Source: Phycisphaerae bacterium
GTDB taxonomy: Bacteria > Planctomycetota > Phycisphaerae > Sedimentisphaerales > Anaerohalosphaeraceae
Assembly: GCA_012517095.1 (NCBI GenBank)
Contig: JAAYVQ010000268.1
Coordinates: 1 to 53,468, forward strand
Direction: 5' to 3'
Length of the DNA stretch: 53,468 bases
Of the stretch, positions 28,290 to 35,813 are shown piece by piece; positions within the stretch are counted from its first letter, which is position 1, and each line of letters opens with the position of its first letter. Made by a program: the position numbers and the translations under genes. The notes beneath the pieces were generated by a model. It ran no database searches, was not told the DNA's origin, and was given only the letters and a program-made list of their open reading frames with translations.

Positions 28290-28883
28290 TTAGTAGATGA
28301 TCGCGGTTGCTTCTTCGATGGTGCGAATGACTTCCTGAATGTCACCGGCATTGGGTACGGCCCCGTCGAATCCTTTTTTAAGAAGGGCGGTGATTTCGGT
28401 TTCACCGAGCCGATTGGCGACGGCGATAATCTTGGCGGCGTTCAGATCGTCGCTTGCCCGGACATATTGGCAGATATGGGCGGCATCGATATCCTTGGCC
28501 ATCAGGTTAATCAGGATCACATGGGGCAGGAGCTTTTGGGCCACCAGACCGGCGTCGAAACTGTTTTCGGCGACTTGGATCTCGTAGTCCTTTCTGTCTT
28601 TGAGCTGAGCGGCCAGTCCGGAGGCGGCCGCGGAATTACTATCGATGATCATCACCCGGGTTCGACCCATTTCCAGGGCGTCGGTCGGAATCGAATGGGC
28701 CTTCATGAAACGAATCAGTTCCCCGGTCGGGATACGGCGATCCCGCGAGCCGGGAATGCGATATCCCTTGAGTTGCCCGCTGTCAAACCATTTGGTCACG
28801 GTCCGCGGAGCCACATTGCAGATTTGAGCAACTTGTCCGGTAGTTAATACGTCTTTGCGTTTATTCATGGCTGGTACCTGCAT
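28290..28883 (-). CDS. DNA-binding protein: N-terminal excisionase/MerR-type HTH plus a C-terminal degenerate receiver-like domain
   Basis: LTTGQVAQICNVAPRTVTKWFDSGQLKGYRIPGSRDRRI is an HTH_17-like motif. The C-terminal ~120 aa have a CheY-like beta/alpha periodicity (RVMIIDSN..., HVILINLM..., KIIAVAN...), but the canonical phospho-acceptor position reads N. Confidence 0.65.
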   Translation of the reverse strand: MQVPAMNKRKDVLTTGQVAQICNVAPRTVTKWFDSGQLKGYRIPGSRDRRIPTGELIRFMKAHSIPTDALEMGRTRVMIIDSNSAAASGLAAQLKDRKDYEIQVAENSFDAGLVAQKLLPHVILINLMAKDIDAAHICQYVRASDDLNAAKIIAVANRLGETEITALLKKGFDGAVPNAGDIQEVIRTIEEATAIIY

Positions 28884-28993
28884 CCCGACAAATTCCAGTC
28901 AAATATCATCCATAATACCGTCCGGCCCGGATAGGGCCCGATCCTGTTTTCTCATCGTCCCCTTACTTGGGGGAATTAACCTGTGGATCCCCA

Positions 28994-29090
28994 ATTTTTA
29001 TAAATTCTCAACCCTATTCCCATGGAAATAGTATGGAAATATGCCGATTTTTATAGGTCCCGGAATGGGAATTCCGAATCAAACCCGAAT
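28994..29090. repeat. cluster of short phased direct repeats in an AT-rich control region
   Basis: ATGGAAATA at 29022-29030 and 29033-29041 (11-nt period); ATTTTTATA at 28994-29002 and 29047-29055; CCGAAT at 29074-29079 and 29085-29090 (11-nt period); GGAAT at 29062 and 29068. Confidence 0.4.
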
Positions 29091-29107
29091 TCTGTTTACA
29101 TTTCCTC

Positions 29108-29136
29108 TTGACCTTGGTCGATCCTTATGATAGAAA
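29108..29136 (+). promoter_or_regulatory. weak sigma70-like promoter candidate driving the long rny leader
   Basis: TTGACC (29108-29113), 17-nt spacer, TAGAAA (29131-29136). Confidence 0.25.
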
Positions 29137-29142
29137 GACGAA

Positions 29143-29656
29143 TGAACAAGTATCACCGTGGTGCAGGTGGTCGGGATGAACGGGAATCGAGTACCGTTTT
29201 CCGGCCAACAGAAGTCCAGCCCCGCGTGGGCAAATAGGTGTTTAACGCTTCAAGGACGCCGACTGCACCGGCAAGGGCGAAAGGCAATGGATGGTTTATC
29301 CGCAGGGGCAGTGATGTATATACGCTCCGATGGTTGCGGATGGGTGCATCATTCAACATTGCCAAGTCCAAGATTGCCTGTGTGTCGGCGGGTATTGGGA
29401 TCGAACCAGACAACAGGGTCCAGACAGAACAGTAGCATGAGTCAAGGAAACGGCACATCCAAAACCGGGATCCGCATGATAAAACCCCTTTTCTGCGGAC
29501 ATTCCCTGCGGTTGCCCCGGACGGGGTTCGCAGATATGCCGGGTTCCTGACTTTCGTTCATGGATCGATCCGTCATCCGATAAGCGAATTTCGCCGGGTC
29601 TTCTGCCAATCCCTGGCACCATCGTGGTCTATAGATCATGAGAAAGGGTTTGTCAG
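29143..29656 (+). other. candidate structured RNA: long 5' leader of rny or an independent ncRNA (unclassified)
   Basis: There is no credible ORF here. Several nested helices can be drawn by hand (see findings). I saw no match to RNase P, tmRNA, SRP RNA or the riboswitch consensus motifs I know. Confidence 0.3.
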
Positions 29657-31252
29657 ATGCCGGGTATCATTTCATTTCCCATTCTCGGCCTCAGCGGGCC
29701 GATCACGGTCGGAATCGCCGTCGTCGCGCTTGCCGTCGGGATTGTAGTCACCTTTATTATCCAGAAAACCATTGCAGGAAACAAATTGCTGGCCGCTGAA
29801 AACGAGGCCAAAAACCGCATCGAAGTGGCCAATCGTCAGGCCGAGAACATCGTCAAAGAGGCCCAACTCAATGCCGCCAACGAATTTCTCAAGAAGAAGG
29901 AGAAATTCACCGCCGAAATGGAGACCGCCCAGGGAGAACTGCTGAACCTGGAGCGGCGTCTCAGTAAGCGCGAAGACACCCTGGATCGGCAGGGAGAATT
30001 GCTCAATCAGAAGGAAAAACAACTCCGTGACAGCGAACGGGAACTGGAGCAAAAGCACCAATCCAATGATGCCAAGGCCAAACACTTGGCCAATCTGATC
30101 GCACAGCAGAAGAATCAGTTGCTGAAAATCTCCAATCTGGATGTCGAACAGGCCAAGGAGATGCTGCTCAAACGGCTGGAAGAGGAATGCGATCGTGACA
30201 TGAGTAAGCTCATCGAGCGTAAGCTGGAGCAGGCCAACGAGATCAGCGAGGAAAAGAGCCGCGAGATCATCAGCTTGGCGATCCAGCGATATGCGGCCGA
30301 ACAGACCTGTGAAATCTCGGTTTCGATGGTCGATATTCCCAACGACGAGATGAAGGGTCGTATTATCGGACGAGAAGGACGAAACATTCGGGCTTTCGAA
30401 AAGGCCACCGGCGTTGATGTGATCGTGGATGATACTCCGGGAGTGATTGTGTTAAGCGGATTTAATCCGATCCGTCGGGAGACGGCTCGTCTGAGCATGG
30501 AGCGGCTGATCCAGGATGGAAGGATTCACCCCTCGCGCATTGAGGAACTGGTCGCACAAACCAAAAAAGATGTCCACGCCAAAGTCCAGCAAATGGGTAA
30601 AGAGGCGGCCACCGAGGTTGATGTTCGGGGCCTCAATAACAAGATCGTGGGCATGCTCGGTGCGTTACACTATCGTACCAGCTATGGTCAGAATGTCCTG
30701 AGGCACAGCGTCGAGGTGGCGTTTCTGGCGCAGGTGATGGCCGACGAACTGGGTCTGGACGGCTCGATGGCCAAACGGGCAGGACTCTTGCACGATATCG
30801 GTAAGGCGATGGACCGCGAGGTAGAAGGCGGACACCCGGCGATCGGGGCGAACTACCTGAAACGCTTCAAAGAGCCGCAGATTGTCATTAACGCTGCCGA
30901 AGCTCATCACGGCGACATTCCCGCGGATAATCCCTACACTCCTCTCATCGCGGCGGCCGACGCCATCAGCGCGTCCCGGCCGGGTGCGCGTCGCGAAACC
31001 CTCGAACGCTATATCAAGCGGTTGGAAAAACTCGAAGAGATAGCCAACAGCTTCAAGGGCGTCGAGTCCTGCTACGCGATTCAGGCCGGACGGGAGGTCC
31101 GGGTCATTGTGGACGCCAACAAGGTCGATGACGGCAGCGCCGCCACGGTCGCCCGAGACATCGCCAAGAAGATCGAGGAAGAAATGACCTATCCGGGCGA
31201 GATCAAGGTGACCCTGCTGCGGGAGTTGCGTTGCATCGAATATGCCAGATAG
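29657..31252 (+). CDS. rny: ribonuclease Y
   Basis: N-terminal TM helix, long Glu/Lys coiled coil, KH domain ([19 protein letters not shown]), HD domain (LLHDIGKA...EAHHGD). Confidence 0.92.
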   Translation: MPGIISFPILGLSGPITVGIAVVALAVGIVVTFIIQKTIAGNKLLAAENEAKNRIEVANRQAENIVKEAQLNAANEFLKKKEKFTAEMETAQGELLNLERRLSKREDTLDRQGELLNQKEKQLRDSERELEQKHQSNDAKAKHLANLIAQQKNQLLKISNLDVEQAKEMLLKRLEEECDRDMSKLIERKLEQANEISEEKSREIISLAIQRYAAEQTCEISVSMVDIPNDEMKGRIIGREGRNIRAFEKATGVDVIVDDTPGVIVLSGFNPIRRETARLSMERLIQDGRIHPSRIEELVAQTKKDVHAKVQQMGKEAATEVDVRGLNNKIVGMLGALHYRTSYGQNVLRHSVEVAFLAQVMADELGLDGSMAKRAGLLHDIGKAMDREVEGGHPAIGANYLKRFKEPQIVINAAEAHHGDIPADNPYTPLIAAADAISASRPGARRETLERYIKRLEKLEEIANSFKGVESCYAIQAGREVRVIVDANKVDDGSAATVARDIAKKIEEEMTYPGEIKVTLLRELRCIEYAR

Positions 31253-31276
31253 TCGAAATCCACGGGAGGACGAGGT

Positions 31277-32125
31277 ATGAAGGTCAAAGTGCTGTGTATC
31301 GGCGACATCGTCGGCCGCCCGGGACGATATATCCTGTCCCAGGTGCTGAAAGAGCAGATTCGTCAGCGTTCCATCGACTGCGTGATTGCCAATGCGGAAA
31401 ATGCCGCCGGCGGGTCGGGGATTACGGCGCAAATCTACGACAAGCTGCTCAAATACGGCGTCCATCTGGTGACCCTGGGCGATCATGCTTATCGCAAACG
31501 CGAGATCATCTCCACGCTGGAATCGGCCGGGAATATCGTCCGACCCGCAAACCTGTCACCGGGCGCGGCAGGCCGCGACTATGCCGTCTATCAGACGGCG
31601 AAAGGTCCCCGGGTGGCGGTGGTGTGTTTGATCGGCCGCATCTTCATGAAGCCCGCCGACTGCCCCTATGCCAAGATCGACTCGTTGCTGATGAAGCTGC
31701 AAAACGAAGCGGATCTTGTCTTCGTCGAGATGCACGCCGAGGCCAGCAGCGAAAAAATTGCACTGGGATATTATCTCGACGGCAAAGTCGCGTGTGTCTA
31801 TGGGACGCATACCCATGTAGTCACTGCCGACGAACGAATCCTGCCGAAGGGTACGGCCGCTATTACCGATATCGGGATGACCGGCAGCCATGATTCGGTG
31901 CTCGGCCGCAAAACGGAAAATGTCATTCGGGCCTTTCGCACGCAGATGCCATATCCGTTTGAAGTGGCAACCGACGATCTCCGAATCAGTGCCATCGAAG
32001 TCACCTATGATACCCAGACCCGTCGGGCCGAACGAATCGAACGACTGCAGATCTGCGAATCGTCACACGAACTGGCTGGCTACGATAGTGACGACGGCCG
32101 TCCGGAGTATTACGCGGAGTACTGA
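31277..32125 (+). CDS. ymdB: YmdB-type metallophosphoesterase (TIGR00282 family, 2',3'-cyclic-nucleotide phosphodiesterase)
   Basis: MKVLCIGDIVGRPGR, ANAENAAGG.GIT, GDH, HAE.SSEK, GTHTHV.TADERILP.GTA.ITD.GMTG motifs. rny-ymdB synteny as in Bacillus. Confidence 0.88.
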   Translation: MKVKVLCIGDIVGRPGRYILSQVLKEQIRQRSIDCVIANAENAAGGSGITAQIYDKLLKYGVHLVTLGDHAYRKREIISTLESAGNIVRPANLSPGAAGRDYAVYQTAKGPRVAVVCLIGRIFMKPADCPYAKIDSLLMKLQNEADLVFVEMHAEASSEKIALGYYLDGKVACVYGTHTHVVTADERILPKGTAAITDIGMTGSHDSVLGRKTENVIRAFRTQMPYPFEVATDDLRISAIEVTYDTQTRRAERIERLQICESSHELAGYDSDDGRPEYYAEY

Positions 32126-32244
32126 GCATGTGATTGCCAAACCGGGATCCAGGAGACAGGATCGTGGCGGCCCCATCCGGAAAAACAAAACAATCGAAGA
32201 TCCCCAGGCGGAATCTGACCTCCCCTTCCCCCTCGTCTGCGAAG

Positions 32245-34353
32245 ATGAGGAAAAGCCGACTGTGGTTATTTCGACTTTTATTTGTCCTGTTTCCGGTCTT
32301 CATATTGTTTGCGGCCGAGGGAATTCTCCGTTGGAAAGGATACGGCTTTTCCGCGTCAGTGCTGACCCCTTTGGTGGTCGATGGGCAAGCTTGTCTGACC
32401 AACAACAATGGATTCAGCCGATTATTTTTTCCGGAAACCTTAGCCCGGGAGTTTGATCCGTTTGTTTTTCCGGCCAAGAAGGGGTCCGGGACGATTCGGG
32501 TGGTGGTCCTGGGGGAATCGGCGGCACAGGGCACGCCGGACGGGGCGTATGCGTTCAGCCGGATTCTGTCCCGGCTGCTGGAGTCGGCCTATCCGGAGCT
32601 GCGGTTCGAGGTGATCAATACGGGGATGACGGCAATCAATTCCCATGCGATCCTGCCGATAGCCGAGGCGATGTCTCGGTACCGGCCGGAAGCGGTGGTG
32701 GTGTATATGGGCAACAACGAGGTGGTGGGGCCGTACGGGGCGGGGACGGTGTTTTCGCAATGGACGCCGCACCGGGGCCTGATCCGGGCGGGTTTGGCGT
32801 TGCGTCGGTACCGGCTGGGGCAGTGGCTGTCGGATGGACTGGCCAGACCAAATCCGGAGACATTGCGGGGCTGGGGTGGGATGCAGATGTTCGTGGAGCA
32901 TCAGGTGTCGGCGGACGATCCGCGTCTGGAGGGGGTGTACCGGCATTTTGAGGCGAACCTGGAGGCGATCTGCCGGGTGTCGGAACGGGCGGGAGCCCGG
33001 GTTCTGCTGTGTACGGTGGGGAGCAACCTGCGGGATTGTCCGCCGTTTGCGTCGGGACACAAGGCGGGCCTGACGGAAGGACAGATGGCCGAGTGGAAAC
33101 GGCTGTTCGAACAGGGGGTGGAACTGGAGCGGAAGGGACAACTGGCCGAGGCAGTGGCGGCCTTCGCAGCGGCATGGGCGATTGACGACAGGCATGCGGA
33201 GACGGCGTTTCGGCTGGGACGATGTGCAGAACGAGGGCAGGATTTTGCGGCGGCGGGGCCGTGGTATCGGCGGGCGCGGCAGTTGGATACGCTGCGGTTT
33301 CGGGCGGATGATCGGATCAACGAGATCGTCCGTGAAAAGGCGACGGGGACAAACCGCATGCTGGTGGATACGGCCACGATCCTGGAGCAGGCCAGCCCGA
33401 ACGGGCTGACGGGTCGGGAACTGTTTTACGAGCATGTGCATCTGACATTTTCGGGCAACTTTGTCGTGGCCCGGACGATCTTCGAATCGCTGGGGAAACG
33501 GCTGCCGGGGCTGAAGGACAAGCGGACGGGTTCGATACTGACCGAGGCGCAATGTGCCGAATCGCTGGCGTTTACTCCGTATGATCAATTCCGAATCGCC
33601 GACGAGATCCTCAATCAGAATCTTGTCAAACCACCGTTTACAGCACAGGCCTATCATGCCGAACAGGTCGCTGAGTTAAATAAAGAGTTCGAGATTCTGA
33701 AATCGGTCAAGACGCCTGAATCGCTTGCGGCGTGTTCTGCGGCGTATCAGCGGGCGATTGAAGCCCATCCCGGCGATGGTTTTTTGAACTGGAAGTACGG
33801 CCGATTGCTGGCCGAGGAAATGGCCGACTATGCGGCCGCCGAGCGGCAATACGCGTTGGTCCAGTTGCGGTTACCCTTGTTTCATCGCGCCCTGACGGCG
33901 CGGGGACAGATGCTGGCCCAACTTGGGAACAACCAAGAGGCGATCCGACAATTCGTCCGGGCGATCGAATTGCAACCCAATAATTACGATCCACATTACC
34001 AACTTGCACGGGTTTTTCATAAGCAGGGACACGCATTCGAGGCGATCGCGGAATATCGAAAGACTCTCCATTACCGGCCGGGTTATGCACCGGTGTACAA
34101 TCCGCTGGCCGAATTGCTGCAAAAGCGAGGTCAAGTCGACGAGGCCATCGCGGTGTGCATCGAGGGAACCTCGGCCAATCCGCAGGATGCGATCCTCTTC
34201 TGCAATCTGGGGGTCTTGCTGGATACGGCGGGCCGGCCGAAGGATGCGATCCAGGCATTCAAACGAGCGATGGAACTGGCTCCGGATTCGGCCGATATCC
34301 GTCGGGTAGCCGAAACGGTCTTGCGTCGCCGCGGGATTCCGATGCCGCGATAA
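32245..34353 (+). CDS. membrane-anchored protein with an SGNH/GDSL-like N-terminal domain and C-terminal TPR repeats
   Basis: Start at MRKSRLWLFRLLFVLFPVFILFAA (signal/anchor). VVVLGESAAQG (block I-like) and VVYMGNNEV (block III-like) suggest an SGNH fold. The C-terminal ~250 aa carry repeated A..Y..A....P motifs (TPR). Confidence 0.6.
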   Translation: MRKSRLWLFRLLFVLFPVFILFAAEGILRWKGYGFSASVLTPLVVDGQACLTNNNGFSRLFFPETLAREFDPFVFPAKKGSGTIRVVVLGESAAQGTPDGAYAFSRILSRLLESAYPELRFEVINTGMTAINSHAILPIAEAMSRYRPEAVVVYMGNNEVVGPYGAGTVFSQWTPHRGLIRAGLALRRYRLGQWLSDGLARPNPETLRGWGGMQMFVEHQVSADDPRLEGVYRHFEANLEAICRVSERAGARVLLCTVGSNLRDCPPFASGHKAGLTEGQMAEWKRLFEQGVELERKGQLAEAVAAFAAAWAIDDRHAETAFRLGRCAERGQDFAAAGPWYRRARQLDTLRFRADDRINEIVREKATGTNRMLVDTATILEQASPNGLTGRELFYEHVHLTFSGNFVVARTIFESLGKRLPGLKDKRTGSILTEAQCAESLAFTPYDQFRIADEILNQNLVKPPFTAQAYHAEQVAELNKEFEILKSVKTPESLAACSAAYQRAIEAHPGDGFLNWKYGRLLAEEMADYAAAERQYALVQLRLPLFHRALTARGQMLAQLGNNQEAIRQFVRAIELQPNNYDPHYQLARVFHKQGHAFEAIAEYRKTLHYRPGYAPVYNPLAELLQKRGQVDEAIAVCIEGTSANPQDAILFCNLGVLLDTAGRPKDAIQAFKRAMELAPDSADIRRVAETVLRRRGIPMPR

Positions 34354-34360
34354 GGTTCCA

Positions 34361-35812
34361 TCAGGGCGCGACCAGTTCCAGGGATCCGAGGTACAGCCGC
34401 TTGTGTGTATCGTTTGGCTCATGCGGCAGAGCGATCCGCGGGGTACCGTCAGCATCGCCGATCGAGACGAACAATCCGCACGGTCCCGGCGTGACCGGCG
34501 GGGCATATCCTTCAGTTTTCATGGCGACGGTCACAGCGGTGAGAATCGTATGCGGCTGTGCTTTTCCCTCCGGCCCGGTGGGCAAGTCGCGAAAATTGAA
34601 CGAGTCATCCGCCGCGACGCACACGATTCCCCCCTTGGCATCCTTGAGGGTCAGCGTGATGACCCCGCCCGGATAACAGGGAGCGACACCGACATTGGCC
34701 CAGGTGGTCGATACGGAAAAAGGTTCGCCGATGCGGATTCGGGAAGGAAAGGCCGCTCGGAGAAGCTCAAGACGGTAACCCATCCGACGGTTGATCCGGT
34801 CGATGATCGGGCGGTTTTCGTCCAGAAGTTCACGCGGCCACCAGTGAATCGACATATAACTGGCGTGGTAGTCCTCGACGGATTTGAGCAGCAGAGAGCC
34901 GTCGCCCCATGCCTTGCGTTCTTTGGACGGTCCGTAATGTTCATGTTCGAGTACGACCGGCAGCTTCGGCCAGAACGCCTGGGCCAGTTCGGCATGATAC
35001 CAGGAATTCGGCGGCGGCTGAACGCAGATACTGTCGTCGCGAAGGGTGACGCCTTTGGAAAGGGCATAATCCGTGATCGGCAGATGGGCGCCGGGCGTGC
35101 TGGGGCCGGCGAAATCGTCGCTGATGGCCAGCAGGGTCTTCTTGAAGTGCTTGACATACAGGTCCACATGGATGCGCCGCACTTCGTCGTCGAAGGGGAG
35201 TTTCGAACTGGCCCAGGTATGGCCTTCGCCCCAGACGCCGAACGAGCCGATATCGACGAACGCCACATTGGGATTGCCGTCGTATCGTCGCGCCAGGGCC
35301 GCAAGAAAACGGTCTAACTTGTCCAGAAACACCGGATCTTTGTAGTTCGGCTCCCAGTACGGGCCGTTTTCGACCACGCCGATTCCGGGTTTGAAATCAT
35401 ATCCTTTGGCCCCGGCGTCATGGACCCACCGGGGTGTTGCCCACCGTGTCCACGATTCGCAAGAGCTGATTCGCAGGGCGATCTGTTTGCCCTTGTCGAT
35501 CCATCGCTGGGCGGGGGTATCCAGCAGGGCCCAGTTAAACCGGCCTTCCTGCGGTTCCAGGAAGGACCACGGTACCCGAAGGTAAACACACGAAAGGCCG
35601 GGGAAGTCATCGACGGTATCCGAGGGCTCCAGTTTCGAGCCATAGTTGGTGATGGTGTTGGAATAATAGTGCAGTGTCCAGCCCATCCCCGGATTGATCA
35701 GGGCCTTTCCGTGATCGACCGGCTGGACGATCTGTTCGCCGGCAGAGTCTGCAGCGGAGGTTTGAACGACGAAAACAAGTAGGATTCCGAGAGTCATCCA
35801 AAGACTATGCAT
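34361..35812 (-). CDS. secreted glycoside-hydrolase-like protein (DUF4874/DUF4832-type, GH42-like TIM barrel)
   Basis: Signal peptide MHSLWMTLGILLVFVVQTSA, then NPGMGW..., YLRVPWSFLEPQEGRFNW and GSFGVWGEGH patterns that I associate with DUF4832-family proteins. I chose the start at 35812 so it does not overlap the photolyase gene. Confidence 0.55.
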   Translation of the reverse strand: MHSLWMTLGILLVFVVQTSAADSAGEQIVQPVDHGKALINPGMGWTLHYYSNTITNYGSKLEPSDTVDDFPGLSCVYLRVPWSFLEPQEGRFNWALLDTPAQRWIDKGKQIALRISSCESWTRWATPRWVHDAGAKGYDFKPGIGVVENGPYWEPNYKDPVFLDKLDRFLAALARRYDGNPNVAFVDIGSFGVWGEGHTWASSKLPFDDEVRRIHVDLYVKHFKKTLLAISDDFAGPSTPGAHLPITDYALSKGVTLRDDSICVQPPPNSWYHAELAQAFWPKLPVVLEHEHYGPSKERKAWGDGSLLLKSVEDYHASYMSIHWWPRELLDENRPIIDRINRRMGYRLELLRAAFPSRIRIGEPFSVSTTWANVGVAPCYPGGVITLTLKDAKGGIVCVAADDSFNFRDLPTGPEGKAQPHTILTAVTVAMKTEGYAPPVTPGPCGLFVSIGDADGTPRIALPHEPNDTHKRLYLGSLELVAP

Positions 35813-35813
35813 G

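Noticed and set aside
29397-29407. tRNA T-loop-like GGTTCGATCCC on the minus strand
   Set aside because: The flanking bases form only a 3-bp T-stem. No acceptor stem, CCA context or anticodon arm could be built. The match is probably chance.
29153-29550. ORFs 29153..29458 (minus) and 29158..29550 (plus) as protein-coding genes
   Set aside because: They overlap each other almost completely on opposite strands. Both have Arg/Ser/Gly/Cys-rich composition, no motif and no Shine-Dalgarno. They are treated as non-coding.
29143-29630. RNase P RNA, tmRNA, SRP RNA or a known riboswitch in the rny-upstream gap
   Set aside because: There are fragments such as GAAGUCCAGCC, GACAGAAC, CAAAUAGG and GGACGGGGUUCGC. 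However, the universal RNase P blocks (GAGGAAAGUCC; ACAGAACCCGGCUUA, with complementary P4 strands) are absent and the fragments are not colinear. There is no tmRNA-like tRNA end (..UUCGA..CCACCA) and no SRP domain IV motif. It remains unclassified rather than assigned.
32440-33657. 405-aa minus-strand ORF, and other R/P-rich ORFs across 32.6-34.5 kb
   Set aside because: They are antisense to the SGNH/TPR gene, with extreme Arg/Pro content. They are shadow ORFs.
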